A stretch of DNA of 32,000 bases from Thermofilum pendens Hrk 5 (lineage in GTDB: Archaea > Thermoproteota > Thermoprotei > Thermofilales > Thermofilaceae), in assembly GCF_000015225.1 (NCBI RefSeq), contig NC_008698.1, forward strand, positions 840,001 to 872,000. Reading direction: 5' to 3'. The translations under genes and the position numbers were made by a program. Below are positions 1-9,509 of the stretch, in pieces; the stretch's first letter is position 1, and every line of letters starts with the position of its first letter. Below the pieces are notes generated by a model. The model saw only the letters and a program-made list of their open reading frames with translations, was not told where the DNA came from and did not search any database.

Positions 1-11
1 AGCGCGAGATT

Positions 12-215
12 TTACGCTAGCCCTAGCCCCCTGAGCTCTTTGATGTCCTTCTCCAGCTCTCTCCAGTTTTTCGTCCTCTTCGACCTGCGGGGCGCTTCCC
101 ACGGAGGCGAGGAACCCTTGATCGCGTCTAACGCTTCGACGAGGCGCGCCTCGTACAGCTCGTCGCCCTTAAGAGTGCTCGCCAGGATACGCGAGGGGGC
201 GCTTATCGCCCGCAC
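12..215 (-). CDS. possible small ORF (67 aa), unknown function
   Basis: Complete ATG-to-stop ORF, divergent from the 277 start. The charged C-terminal half (KRTKNWRELEKDIKELRGLG) looks protein-like. No motif recognised, and it lies at the window edge. Confidence 0.25.
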   Translation of the reverse strand: MRAISAPSRILASTLKGDELYEARLVEALDAIKGSSPPWEAPRRSKRTKNWRELEKDIKELRGLGLA

Positions 216-276
216 GGTAACCCTCGAGCGCGCCCTCGCAGGGGCGCCCCCTCCACCATTTAAGGAAAGGTTAAGT

Positions 277-1713
277 ATGGTTGGAGAGAAGATGATGAGG
301 AATGAAGAGGTCGAGAAGGTTGTTAGGGAGGAGGTTTGGAGGCGTGCGGCTTTAAGCCTCTACGCCACCAGAACAGAGGATAAGAGGAAAGCCAGGGGCG
401 GGAAGAAGGGCGAGATACACTACCGCGGCCTGTATGACACTGTGAGCGAGGTTGACTGGGACTTCACTAGGTTCCTCATAAACGGGTACAGCGTCGTGCC
501 GGACGAAGTCTACCCGAGGTTTCACCGCTTCATAGACATCGACGCGAGGAAGTACCTTCTACTGAACGACGACAGCAAGCCGAGAGAGGGAAGCGCTGTC
601 GTAGAGCTACGCGATAGGCTACAAGCAATCGTCGACGCTACCGAAGACGGCCTCAAAGTTGAGAGACACGGCAGAGTCTGGCACGTTTACGTGCCCGGCG
701 AAAACTGGTACGTAACTGTCTCGAGGCCCAACGCGAAGAGCTGGAGGGTGCGCGTACCACTGGAAGGCTTCTGGGTTGAATCGGAGTTTCCCAAGGTTCT
801 AGTGAATACTCCGAGCGATGTTCTCAGAAGCCTGCAGAAAGGGTGGCTTCTCACAGATGTCACTCCGCCGCACGGGCGCATCAGCGACGTACATTTCAGC
901 ACAACGCAGAGCTGGCAGTTGCCAGCGACGCTCGCCAGCTTCCCGGGAGAAGTCAGGCTCGGCGTCACGGCGGGCATTCTCGGCAGTACTAGGCTGAGCA
1001 TCCAGTGGCAGGCGCGCGTTGACGGTTACGAGGAGGAGCTGGGCTGGGCCTCCGAGCTCATCGGCGAGGTTAAACGTGCAGAGTTTCGTCAGCTCGTCGA
1101 GAGGTGTAAGGAGCTTAACGGTGACTCGGTGGCGCTGACGACCGCCTTCCTGGGGGACGGCGAGCTCGAATTCTTCCTAAAGCTTCGGGTGCTCTTCTTC
1201 AAGGTTGGACATGAAGACATCTACTTGCCGGCGGAAAGCGCTATAGCTAATGCCCGCTTAGCCGTGGAGAGAGCTAGCGAGTACGTGCGCTTTGTCTCGC
1301 TGGTAACTAAGTGTCCAAAGATTAAACACTTCCTCTTCGTCGGCTACGGATTGCCGCAGAAGAGAGGTAAGAAGGACGGCCAAAGAAATAACCCGTTCTA
1401 CGCCGAGGTGGCAGGGGCGCAGCTACACCTTGTCTACATCTCTACGAGGAACCACGTCTACGCTAGAATCGCAGTCGAAGCTGTGCCTTCGGGCTGGGTG
1501 GAGGAGGCACGCGCTCAAGGCTGGGACGTCCGAGTGGTTCGAATGGGTGGCAGGGAGTACTACCAGGTCACTCATGCTTCTTTGATGGAGCATGCCTGTC
1601 ACGACGAAGCACTGCGTATAACACTCCTCGCCTTCACGAAGTACAAGGCCGAGCGATACCCCAAGGCGCAAAGCCTCGTAGAACGCCTCGAAAAACTGGG
1701 GACAGAAGACTAA
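277..1713 (+). CDS. hypothetical protein (478 aa), no recognisable catalytic motif
   Basis: Long ORF. I prefer ATG 277 (MVGEKMMRNEE...) over the tracked start at 40. The first 79 codons are low-complexity and overlap the antisense small ORF. An ATTTAAGG TATA-like element lies about 20 nt upstream of 277. The gene ends about 100 nt before tRNA-Thr. Confidence 0.6.
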   Translation: MVGEKMMRNEEVEKVVREEVWRRAALSLYATRTEDKRKARGGKKGEIHYRGLYDTVSEVDWDFTRFLINGYSVVPDEVYPRFHRFIDIDARKYLLLNDDSKPREGSAVVELRDRLQAIVDATEDGLKVERHGRVWHVYVPGENWYVTVSRPNAKSWRVRVPLEGFWVESEFPKVLVNTPSDVLRSLQKGWLLTDVTPPHGRISDVHFSTTQSWQLPATLASFPGEVRLGVTAGILGSTRLSIQWQARVDGYEEELGWASELIGEVKRAEFRQLVERCKELNGDSVALTTAFLGDGELEFFLKLRVLFFKVGHEDIYLPAESAIANARLAVERASEYVRFVSLVTKCPKIKHFLFVGYGLPQKRGKKDGQRNNPFYAEVAGAQLHLVYISTRNHVYARIAVEAVPSGWVEEARAQGWDVRVVRMGGREYYQVTHASLMEHACHDEALRITLLAFTKYKAERYPKAQSLVERLEKLGTED

Positions 1714-1811
1714 AGAGTAAGACCGGCAGGGAACAGGCGCCCAGCCCCCTCCTCGCGTTAGGCAAGCGCGCGAAGCAAAGTTTATAATTCTCAACCTGTG
1801 AATAGAGGGTA

Positions 1812-1904
1812 GCCCCGGTAGCTCAGTTGGAAGAGCGCCGCTCTGGTAACTAGCCCTGGCTGGAAAGGCGGAGGTCCCGGGTTCAATCCCCGGCCGGGGC
1901 TCCA
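1812..1904 (+). tRNA. tRNA-Thr (anticodon GGU), intron-containing, CCA encoded
   Basis: Hand-folded cloverleaf:
- acceptor GCCCCGG/CCGGGGC
- U8 A9
- D arm GCTC-AGTTGGAA-GAGC
- anticodon stem CCGCT/GGCGG
- loop CT-GGT-A, then the intron, then A38
- variable loop AGGTC
- T arm CCGGG-TTCAATC-CCCGG
- discriminator U73
- CCA at 1902-1904
The mature length is 76 nt. Confidence 0.9.
1849..1865 (+). other. tRNA intron (17 nt) at the canonical 37/38 position
   Basis: The sequence actagccctggctggaa interrupts the anticodon loop between A37 (1848) and A38 (1866). Removing it restores a 7-nt loop and a 5-bp stem. Confidence 0.8.
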
Positions 1905-2011
1905 TGCGTCATGTTCTCTTTGAACGTACCCTCCGGGGTACTCTCATTTGTCATTATCTATCACGAGTCATGGATTTAGCCTGTTGTCTAGCGGGGTTTT
2001 GGCGATAGGCT

Positions 2012-3928
<1,917 letters not shown>

Positions 3929-3945
3929 CTACCCGGGAAAACCAT

Positions 3946-5562
3946 TCACGAGTTTGTTTCCTCTAGCTTGAAGAGCAGGTGGACCAGTTTCTCTATGTCC
4001 CAGGGCGGCGGGGTGGGGGTAGCCTCTCCCAGCGAGGATATCTCCGCGAAGAAAGCCTCGGAAGCTGAGACCAGCCTCTCGTAGAGCGAGTAGTACGAAT
4101 CGTAGATCGCGCTCTCTCTGGGATCCGGCTTTATCCTAGCCTTCTCCCTGAAGAACTTTTTCGCGGCCTCGTCGTGCGAGGAGCTCAGCCCGAGCTTCAG
4201 GCTGGCGAGCATCGCGTCGCCAGCGAGGGCGGCGTCGAGGAGCTCCGGGAGGACTACCTCCATCTTCGTCACGTTAGCCTTTATCCTGGCCCACAGAGGG
4301 GACTTCGCCCCACCACCCATCAGTATGAGCTCTCCGGGCTTCACGCCGACTTCCGCGAACACCTCTAGGATCTTCCTGATCTCGTAGGCTATTCCCTCCA
4401 TCATAGCCCTAAATATGTGCGCCCTTGTATGGTAGACTGTCAAGCCGAATATCACTCCGCGCGCGTAGGGGTTCCACCTGGGGGAACGGGCGCCGGAGAA
4501 GAAGGGTAGCACTATCAGCCCGTTCGAGCCTGGAGGGACGTAGGCAGCCTCCATGTCCAGATACTCGTAAGCCCTTCTGCGCGTCGAGCTAGCTAACAGC
4601 TGGACACCGTCTGCCACTTGGTCCCTGAACCACCTCAGGATGGCGCCCGCAGTGCTCATACCAGCCTCGACGACCCACCTGCCCCTGATCGGGGCGGCGC
4701 CCACCGAGAACCTCATCTTCTCGTCGAGGAGCGGCGAGTCCACCATGGTCGCGGTGGTAGACCCAGTACCCGTCGACTCCTCCACCCTCCTGGAGTCGAA
4801 TATCCCGGCCCCGAGAACTTCGGCCTGCCTATCCCCCATACCGGCGAGCACCTGGACGCTCCTCGGCAACCCTAAAAGCCTGGAAGCCTCCTCCGAGAGC
4901 GTCCCGACAACCTCGTCGCTGTAGCGCGACTCGGGGAAGAGCCCCGCGTACTCCGAGAGCCCTAGCTCTTCGAAGAGCTCACGGTCCCACTCGAGCTTAA
5001 CGATGTTGAACAGCATCGTACGCGACGCCACCGTGTGGTCCGTCACAGCTACACCGGTAAGCCTGTACACAACGTAGTCCTTCGGCTGGAGGCCGAGCCT
5101 AGCTCTTCTAAGCACCTCCGGCTCGTTCTCCTTGTACCAGAGAAGCTTCGTCGCTGTAAACGTAGCGTCCACGACGAGCCCGGTCTTCCTGTAGATCTCG
5201 GCGGGGTCGACCCTGCTCTTTATCCTCTCCGCCTGCGGGGAGCTACGCCTATCCATCCAGATAGGCACGCGCCCGAGGCTCCTACCCTCGCTGTCCACCA
5301 AGGCGAGAGTCTCCCTCTGGCTACTGACGCATATGCCGGCAACCCTGCTGGGGTCGACGCCTGCCTTCTTTAATACGTTCCTAGCAACCTCCACGGAAGT
5401 CCTCCACCAGTCGTCTGGATCCTGCTCCGCCCAGCCGGGCCTCGGGTAGTAGGTCGGGTACTCTTTCCCGTCTAGTGCGAGGAGCGAGCCGTTCGAATGG
5501 AAGAGCCCAGCCTTCACAGTAGTGGTGCCGATATCTATCGAGAGTAAAAGATCCCCGCTCAT
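3946..5562 (-). CDS. FGGY-family carbohydrate kinase (xylulokinase/glycerol-kinase-like)
   Basis: 538 aa. It has the N-terminal sugar-kinase phosphate-1 motif LLSIDIGTTTVKAG, then WMDRRS, and the C-terminal GGGAKSPLW motif. A TATA-like TATTTATTT sits about 24 nt upstream of the ATG. Confidence 0.85.
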   Translation of the reverse strand: MSGDLLLSIDIGTTTVKAGLFHSNGSLLALDGKEYPTYYPRPGWAEQDPDDWWRTSVEVARNVLKKAGVDPSRVAGICVSSQRETLALVDSEGRSLGRVPIWMDRRSSPQAERIKSRVDPAEIYRKTGLVVDATFTATKLLWYKENEPEVLRRARLGLQPKDYVVYRLTGVAVTDHTVASRTMLFNIVKLEWDRELFEELGLSEYAGLFPESRYSDEVVGTLSEEASRLLGLPRSVQVLAGMGDRQAEVLGAGIFDSRRVEESTGTGSTTATMVDSPLLDEKMRFSVGAAPIRGRWVVEAGMSTAGAILRWFRDQVADGVQLLASSTRRRAYEYLDMEAAYVPPGSNGLIVLPFFSGARSPRWNPYARGVIFGLTVYHTRAHIFRAMMEGIAYEIRKILEVFAEVGVKPGELILMGGGAKSPLWARIKANVTKMEVVLPELLDAALAGDAMLASLKLGLSSSHDEAAKKFFREKARIKPDPRESAIYDSYYSLYERLVSASEAFFAEISSLGEATPTPPPWDIEKLVHLLFKLEETNS

Positions 5563-5621
5563 CGATGAATAAACCTTCGCCGATGAAATAAATACGACTT
5601 ATTACTATGAAGTACAGATAA

Positions 5622-5635
5622 CCCGGTTAACCGGG
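5622..5635. promoter_or_regulatory. perfect 14-bp palindrome CCCGGTTAACCGGG
   Basis: It reads identically on both strands. It lies 11 nt past the acyltransferase stop and about 60-73 nt upstream of the FGGY kinase ATG. Confidence 0.5.
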
Positions 5636-5645
5636 CCTGCCGTAC

Positions 5646-6254
5646 CTACTTCTTTTCCTCAAGCGCCTTCTCGTATATGCTCTTCGGGATCGAGACTTCC
5701 CTTCCGCAGTGGTCGCACTGAAGAACCACGTTGCCATCCCTCTCCCCCACGAGCCTCTTCAAGGGTCTCCCACAGTAGCAGACGAAGCCAACTATCCTCG
5801 CGGGGTTGCCAGCTACCAGCGCGTGGTCCGGTACGTCGCGCGTCACCACGCTCCCCGCGGCTACCATCGCGTACCTACCTATAGTCACGCCGCAGACTAT
5901 GGTAGCATTAGCCCCTATGGACGCTCCCTCCTTGACGACCGTGGGCACGACTTCCCAGTCAGTCGAGAAAGCCCTCGGATACTTGTCGTTGGTAAACACC
6001 GCGTAGGGTCCAACGAAGACGTTATCCTCTATAACCACCCCCCTGTAGACGCTTACACCGTTCTGAATCTTCACGTTGTTCCCGATAACGGCGCCCTGAT
6101 CGACGTAAACGTCCTTGCCGATGTTACAGTTCCTCCCTATACGCGCACCGCTCCTAACGTGGGCGAAGTGCCATATACGGGTTCCCTCCCCTATCTCGGC
6201 TCCCTCCTCCACTACGGCTGTAGGGTGTGCGAAGTACTTGCGCGAGCTAGACAT
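5646..6254 (-). CDS. hexapeptide-repeat (left-handed beta-helix) acyl/acetyltransferase with a C-terminal Cys4 zinc-ribbon-like tail
   Basis: 202 aa. Repeated [LIV]-G-x4 hexapeptides run throughout (IGEGTRI, IGRNCNI, IGNNVKI, IGANATI). The C-terminus is CYCGRPL...CDHCGREV. Confidence 0.8.
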   Translation of the reverse strand: MSSSRKYFAHPTAVVEEGAEIGEGTRIWHFAHVRSGARIGRNCNIGKDVYVDQGAVIGNNVKIQNGVSVYRGVVIEDNVFVGPYAVFTNDKYPRAFSTDWEVVPTVVKEGASIGANATIVCGVTIGRYAMVAAGSVVTRDVPDHALVAGNPARIVGFVCYCGRPLKRLVGERDGNVVLQCDHCGREVSIPKSIYEKALEEKK

Positions 6255-6391
6255 ACCACCGTTACCAAGCGTTCAGGGATTATTTAAAGCCGCGTTTAAA
6301 AGTGGAGGCAATGGAGCCCTCGAGCTCGCCCCTCTATGAGTACTTCGCAAGGTTTTTAACAGGGCTTTGCGAATAGGGTTAAGGCGGGAGA

Positions 6392-6727
6392 ATGATACCG
6401 GTAAACGCTCCTCCAACCGTATCTCTCCAGTTCCAAATAGGTCCCACCGAGCTAATACTCCTAATCATACTTGCACTGATACTCTTCGGGCCCAAGAAGC
6501 TACCGGAGCTGGCGAAAGCTGCCGGTGAAGCTGTACGCGTTTTCCGCGAGGAGACACAGAAGGTTACGTCCTCCGTGGAGGAAAGCAGGACGACGACCTC
6601 CGAGTCGATATCCGACGAGGATCTCAGGAAGCTCGCCGAAAAGCTCGGCGTGGAGACTAGCGGCAAGAGCAGGGACGAGCTCGTAAAGGAGATAATACAG
6701 AAGGCTAAGGAGAAAGGGCTAATATAA
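6392..6727 (+). CDS. tatA: twin-arginine translocase subunit TatA/E
   Basis: 111 aa. It has a single N-terminal TM helix followed by the hinge and amphipathic motif LILFGPKKLPELAKAAGEAVRVFRE, then an acidic C-terminal tail. Confidence 0.85.
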   Translation: MIPVNAPPTVSLQFQIGPTELILLIILALILFGPKKLPELAKAAGEAVRVFREETQKVTSSVEESRTTTSESISDEDLRKLAEKLGVETSGKSRDELVKEIIQKAKEKGLI

Positions 6728-6778
6728 GCGTTTATTTTAAACACTAGCAATTTGAGCTATGCCTGTTTTTCAACACAT

Positions 6779-7753
6779 ATGAGCTTAGAGGCTGTAGTAG
6801 AGACGCCCAAGAAGAAGAGAGACATCCTCTTCTACCTCTCGAAGGCGAGCACCACCACAGCCCAGAACATGGAGAAAGTGGAGGAGCTCTACCGCGCAGT
6901 CCAGTCCAGGGGTTCATCCAACCCTCTACTCGGGAGGCTCGTCGAGAAGACACTCAAGCTCCTAAAGGTTCCCGAGCCGCCGGGGATTTCCGAAGCTGAA
7001 CGCCTAGCGGAGAGCCTAGAGAGCTACGGCGCAAGCCTTCAAAGGGTAGCCGCGGCGCTGGAGGACCTTTTAAGGGTTGTTGACAGCGCCGAGTCCCTTC
7101 TCCGGAGGCTAGAGGACGTGAAGCAAGCGCTGGAGTCTTGGGCCGAGGTATTCCAGGGGCTGAACGCGTCGCTCTACGGGGAGATAGCGAGGGAGATATC
7201 CAGGATAGAGAGGTTACCGCAGGAGGACTACCAGGACGTTAAGGAGTTCCACGACAAGCTCGAGGACCTGTTGGACGAGGCGGAACGCCTATCCGCGAGA
7301 GCCCGCTCCGAGTACAACAAGCTAGTCGAGCTAGCCCTGCGGGAGCTGGAGGCGACCAGGGAGGTCCTGCAGAGAGCGGAGTCCGTGGCGGCGCTCCACG
7401 AGAAGGCAAGGCTCGAGGCGCTGGGCTCAGCCCTGCAACGCGTAGAGCAGGAGCTTCGAAGCTTGCGCCAGTCGCCGAGGAGCTTTGACGTCAACGGTGT
7501 CTACAGGGAGTTGGGACGTGTGAAAAGCGAGGCCCAGCAGGTGCTTAGAACGGCTCTCAGCGAGCAGGAGGTAAAAGTATTCGACGAGACGGCGAGGTTC
7601 TTCTACATCGTGGGCCAGAAGCCGGTACACCTCACGGAGCTCGTCGAGTACGTTTCTAGGAGGACCTCGTACCCCCACGCCGACGTCCTGAAGACTCTCT
7701 ACGACTTGTCCTCCAGGGGGGTTATCAGGATTAAGGTGAGCATTGCCCGCTAA
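6779..7753 (+). CDS. hypothetical coiled-coil protein with a C-terminal winged-helix-like module
   Basis: I prefer ATG 6779 over TTG 6752. The TATA box TTTATTTTA at 6731-6739 places the transcription start near 6762, downstream of the TTG. The central region is long, Leu/Glu/Arg-rich and heptad-like. The C-terminus reads LTELVEYVSRRTSYPHADVLKTLYDLSSRGVIRIKV. Confidence 0.6.
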   Translation: MSLEAVVETPKKKRDILFYLSKASTTTAQNMEKVEELYRAVQSRGSSNPLLGRLVEKTLKLLKVPEPPGISEAERLAESLESYGASLQRVAAALEDLLRVVDSAESLLRRLEDVKQALESWAEVFQGLNASLYGEIAREISRIERLPQEDYQDVKEFHDKLEDLLDEAERLSARARSEYNKLVELALRELEATREVLQRAESVAALHEKARLEALGSALQRVEQELRSLRQSPRSFDVNGVYRELGRVKSEAQQVLRTALSEQEVKVFDETARFFYIVGQKPVHLTELVEYVSRRTSYPHADVLKTLYDLSSRGVIRIKVSIAR

Positions 7754-7761
7754 TCGCGTCG

Positions 7762-8289
7762 CTAGTACTCGGGGGTCTTCACCCTCTCGGAGAGGTAGAT
7801 CTTTCTCACCCTCTCGGGCGCGCCTATCCTCTCGAGGTACTCGGCTACCCCCGGGGGTACCAGCTCCCTCCACTCGCCGCCGCTGGCCATAAGCTCCCTG
7901 ACAACCCTGCCCTGCAACCTGTCTCTCTCCCACAGCGGTAGCTCTAGCACCTCGTACCCCCTCTCCCTGGCGAGCAACTTCACAAACTCGTTCCCGGTAG
8001 CCACGAACTCGAAGGAGGGAACCCTGCTCGCCACGTAGCTGAGCCACAGGCTGTTGTCCGGCACGTTGTCGAGGGGGACAACGAAGAGCCTACCCCACTC
8101 CTCCCTGAACGCCGCCCTGAGCATCTCGATCCTCTCCCCAGCCGTGAAGGGGTTCTCCGGGGTATAGCTGTACTGTGCTGCTGTCACCCCGACTATGACC
8201 TCGTCAACCCTCTCGAGGAGCCATCTAACAGCCTTCACGTGTCCAAGGTGCACAGGCTGAAACCTACCAGGGTAGAAGGCCCGTCGCAT
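7762..8289 (-). CDS. nicotinamide-nucleotide adenylyltransferase (archaeal NMNAT)
   Basis: 175 aa. It has the nucleotidyltransferase motif GRFQPVHLGH (HxGH type). The size and the following ...NPFTAGERIEML... segment are typical of archaeal NMNAT. Confidence 0.9.
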   Translation of the reverse strand: MRRAFYPGRFQPVHLGHVKAVRWLLERVDEVIVGVTAAQYSYTPENPFTAGERIEMLRAAFREEWGRLFVVPLDNVPDNSLWLSYVASRVPSFEFVATGNEFVKLLARERGYEVLELPLWERDRLQGRVVRELMASGGEWRELVPPGVAEYLERIGAPERVRKIYLSERVKTPEY

Positions 8290-8321
8290 ACACTTATTAC
8301 CGCGCCCCCTTTTAAAAACAT

Positions 8322-8963
8322 GTGGGAAGAGTAGCAGGTATCGACGAGGCCGGTAGAGGGCCCATGCTGGGCCCCATGGTGGTGGCGATCGTCGTGTGCC
8401 CGGAGGAGAAGGTACCGTTGCTCAGGAACATGGGGGTCAGGGATTCAAAGGCGCTAAGCCCCAGGAGGAGGCTCCTCTTAAGCAGGGCTATACCCAGCGT
8501 TGGGTGTAGCGTTAAGGTCAGGGTGGTCGAGCCCCAAGAGATAGACTGCGCTGTTCGCGGAGAGTGCTACGAGAACCTTAACCACCTGGAAGCCGCCGTG
8601 TTCGCGCAGCTAATAAACGAGGTCCTCTCGGAGGGGGAGCTGGAGGTGGTGTACATGGATAGCCCCGACCCCGTCCCCTCCAGGTTTGAGGAGAGGGTTC
8701 GAGCGTTACTCAAGGGGCAAGTGAGGATTGTGGCGGAGAACGGGGCGGACGAAAAGTACACCATAGTGGGTGCCGCTTCGATAGTAGCCAAGGAGACCCG
8801 CGACGAGATAATAAACGCTCTCAAAAAGACTTACGGAGACTTCGGATCCGGGTACCCCAGCGACCCCAGGACTCTGAGGTTTGCGGAGGAGTGGGTGAGG
8901 AAACACGGGGAGCCCCCGCCTATAGCCAGGAAGGAGTGGGCGACCTGGAAGAGGTTGCGGTAA
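8322..8963 (+). CDS. rnhB: ribonuclease HII
   Basis: 213 aa with a GTG start. It has the motifs GIDEAGRGPMLGPMVVA, DSK and GAASIVAK, and the GSGYPSDP signature. Confidence 0.92.
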   Translation: MGRVAGIDEAGRGPMLGPMVVAIVVCPEEKVPLLRNMGVRDSKALSPRRRLLLSRAIPSVGCSVKVRVVEPQEIDCAVRGECYENLNHLEAAVFAQLINEVLSEGELEVVYMDSPDPVPSRFEERVRALLKGQVRIVAENGADEKYTIVGAASIVAKETRDEIINALKKTYGDFGSGYPSDPRTLRFAEEWVRKHGEPPPIARKEWATWKRLR

Positions 8964-8996
8964 AGCATATACGCTTATCGGGGGAGTACTACCCTA

Positions 8997-9350
8997 ATGT
9001 CGCAAGACGTTATAGAGTTCGAGCTTGAAGAGGAAGCGCTTTGCGAGGCGCTGGCCAGGCTAGGCGCCGAGGAGGTCGTGGTGACGATGGGCGAAGACAT
9101 CCTGTTTAGGTACCCTCGGGACGCCGACGTCTCGCAAATCCTCTCCCAGGTAAGATCCACCTTATCCATTCTGAGCGACGCGGACCCCTTCCTCGAGCTA
9201 CGCTTCCAGGATAGGGCTATCTTCGTGCTCAGAGTAGACGACTACGTCGCCGTGGCGAGTGGGCGCTTCCAGGAGGGGTCGGCGGAGGACGCTAGGCTCC
9301 TGCTGGAGCTACTCGTGAACAGAGCTCGCGGAGAGCTGGAACACTACTAG
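8997..9350 (+). CDS. hypothetical small protein, possibly Roadblock/LC7 (MglB)-like
   Basis: 117 aa and acidic. Alternating hydrophobic strands and helices (AIFVLRVDDYVAVASGRF...ARLLLELLVNRAR) resemble the Roadblock fold. This is an assignment by eye only. Confidence 0.45.
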   Translation: MSQDVIEFELEEEALCEALARLGAEEVVVTMGEDILFRYPRDADVSQILSQVRSTLSILSDADPFLELRFQDRAIFVLRVDDYVAVASGRFQEGSAEDARLLLELLVNRARGELEHY

Positions 9351-9509
9351 CCGCACGGGCGGTCAGAAGCGACGGTGTACGGTCACCTAAGCCCCTCTTT
9401 TAACCCTCATCATCCCTAGAGGAAAATACGCTTGCATCGTTGAATGCTTTTCGCCGTAGGAAAGCTTGCGCGCGTTAAGGTAAAATAGCCGAAAGGTGGG
9501 AGTAAAGCC

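Noticed and set aside
40-276. The N-terminal 79 codons of the tracked 557-aa ORF.
   Set aside because: The sequence is low-complexity (SSSLQFFVLFDLRGASHGG...). It overlaps an antisense ORF and lies upstream of the TATA-like ATTTAAGG. The real start is more likely ATG 277.
1423-1905. A 160-aa minus-strand ORF covering the tRNA-Thr locus and the 3' end of the upstream gene.
   Set aside because: It is antisense to a well-folded tRNA and to a better coding frame. This is a typical spurious open frame in GC-rich DNA.
6311-6376. A 21-codon ORF (MEPSSSPLYEYFARFLTGLCE) in the acyltransferase/tatA divergent spacer.
   Set aside because: It is too short. Its ATG lies upstream of the transcription start predicted from the nearest TATA-like element, and there is no supporting signal.
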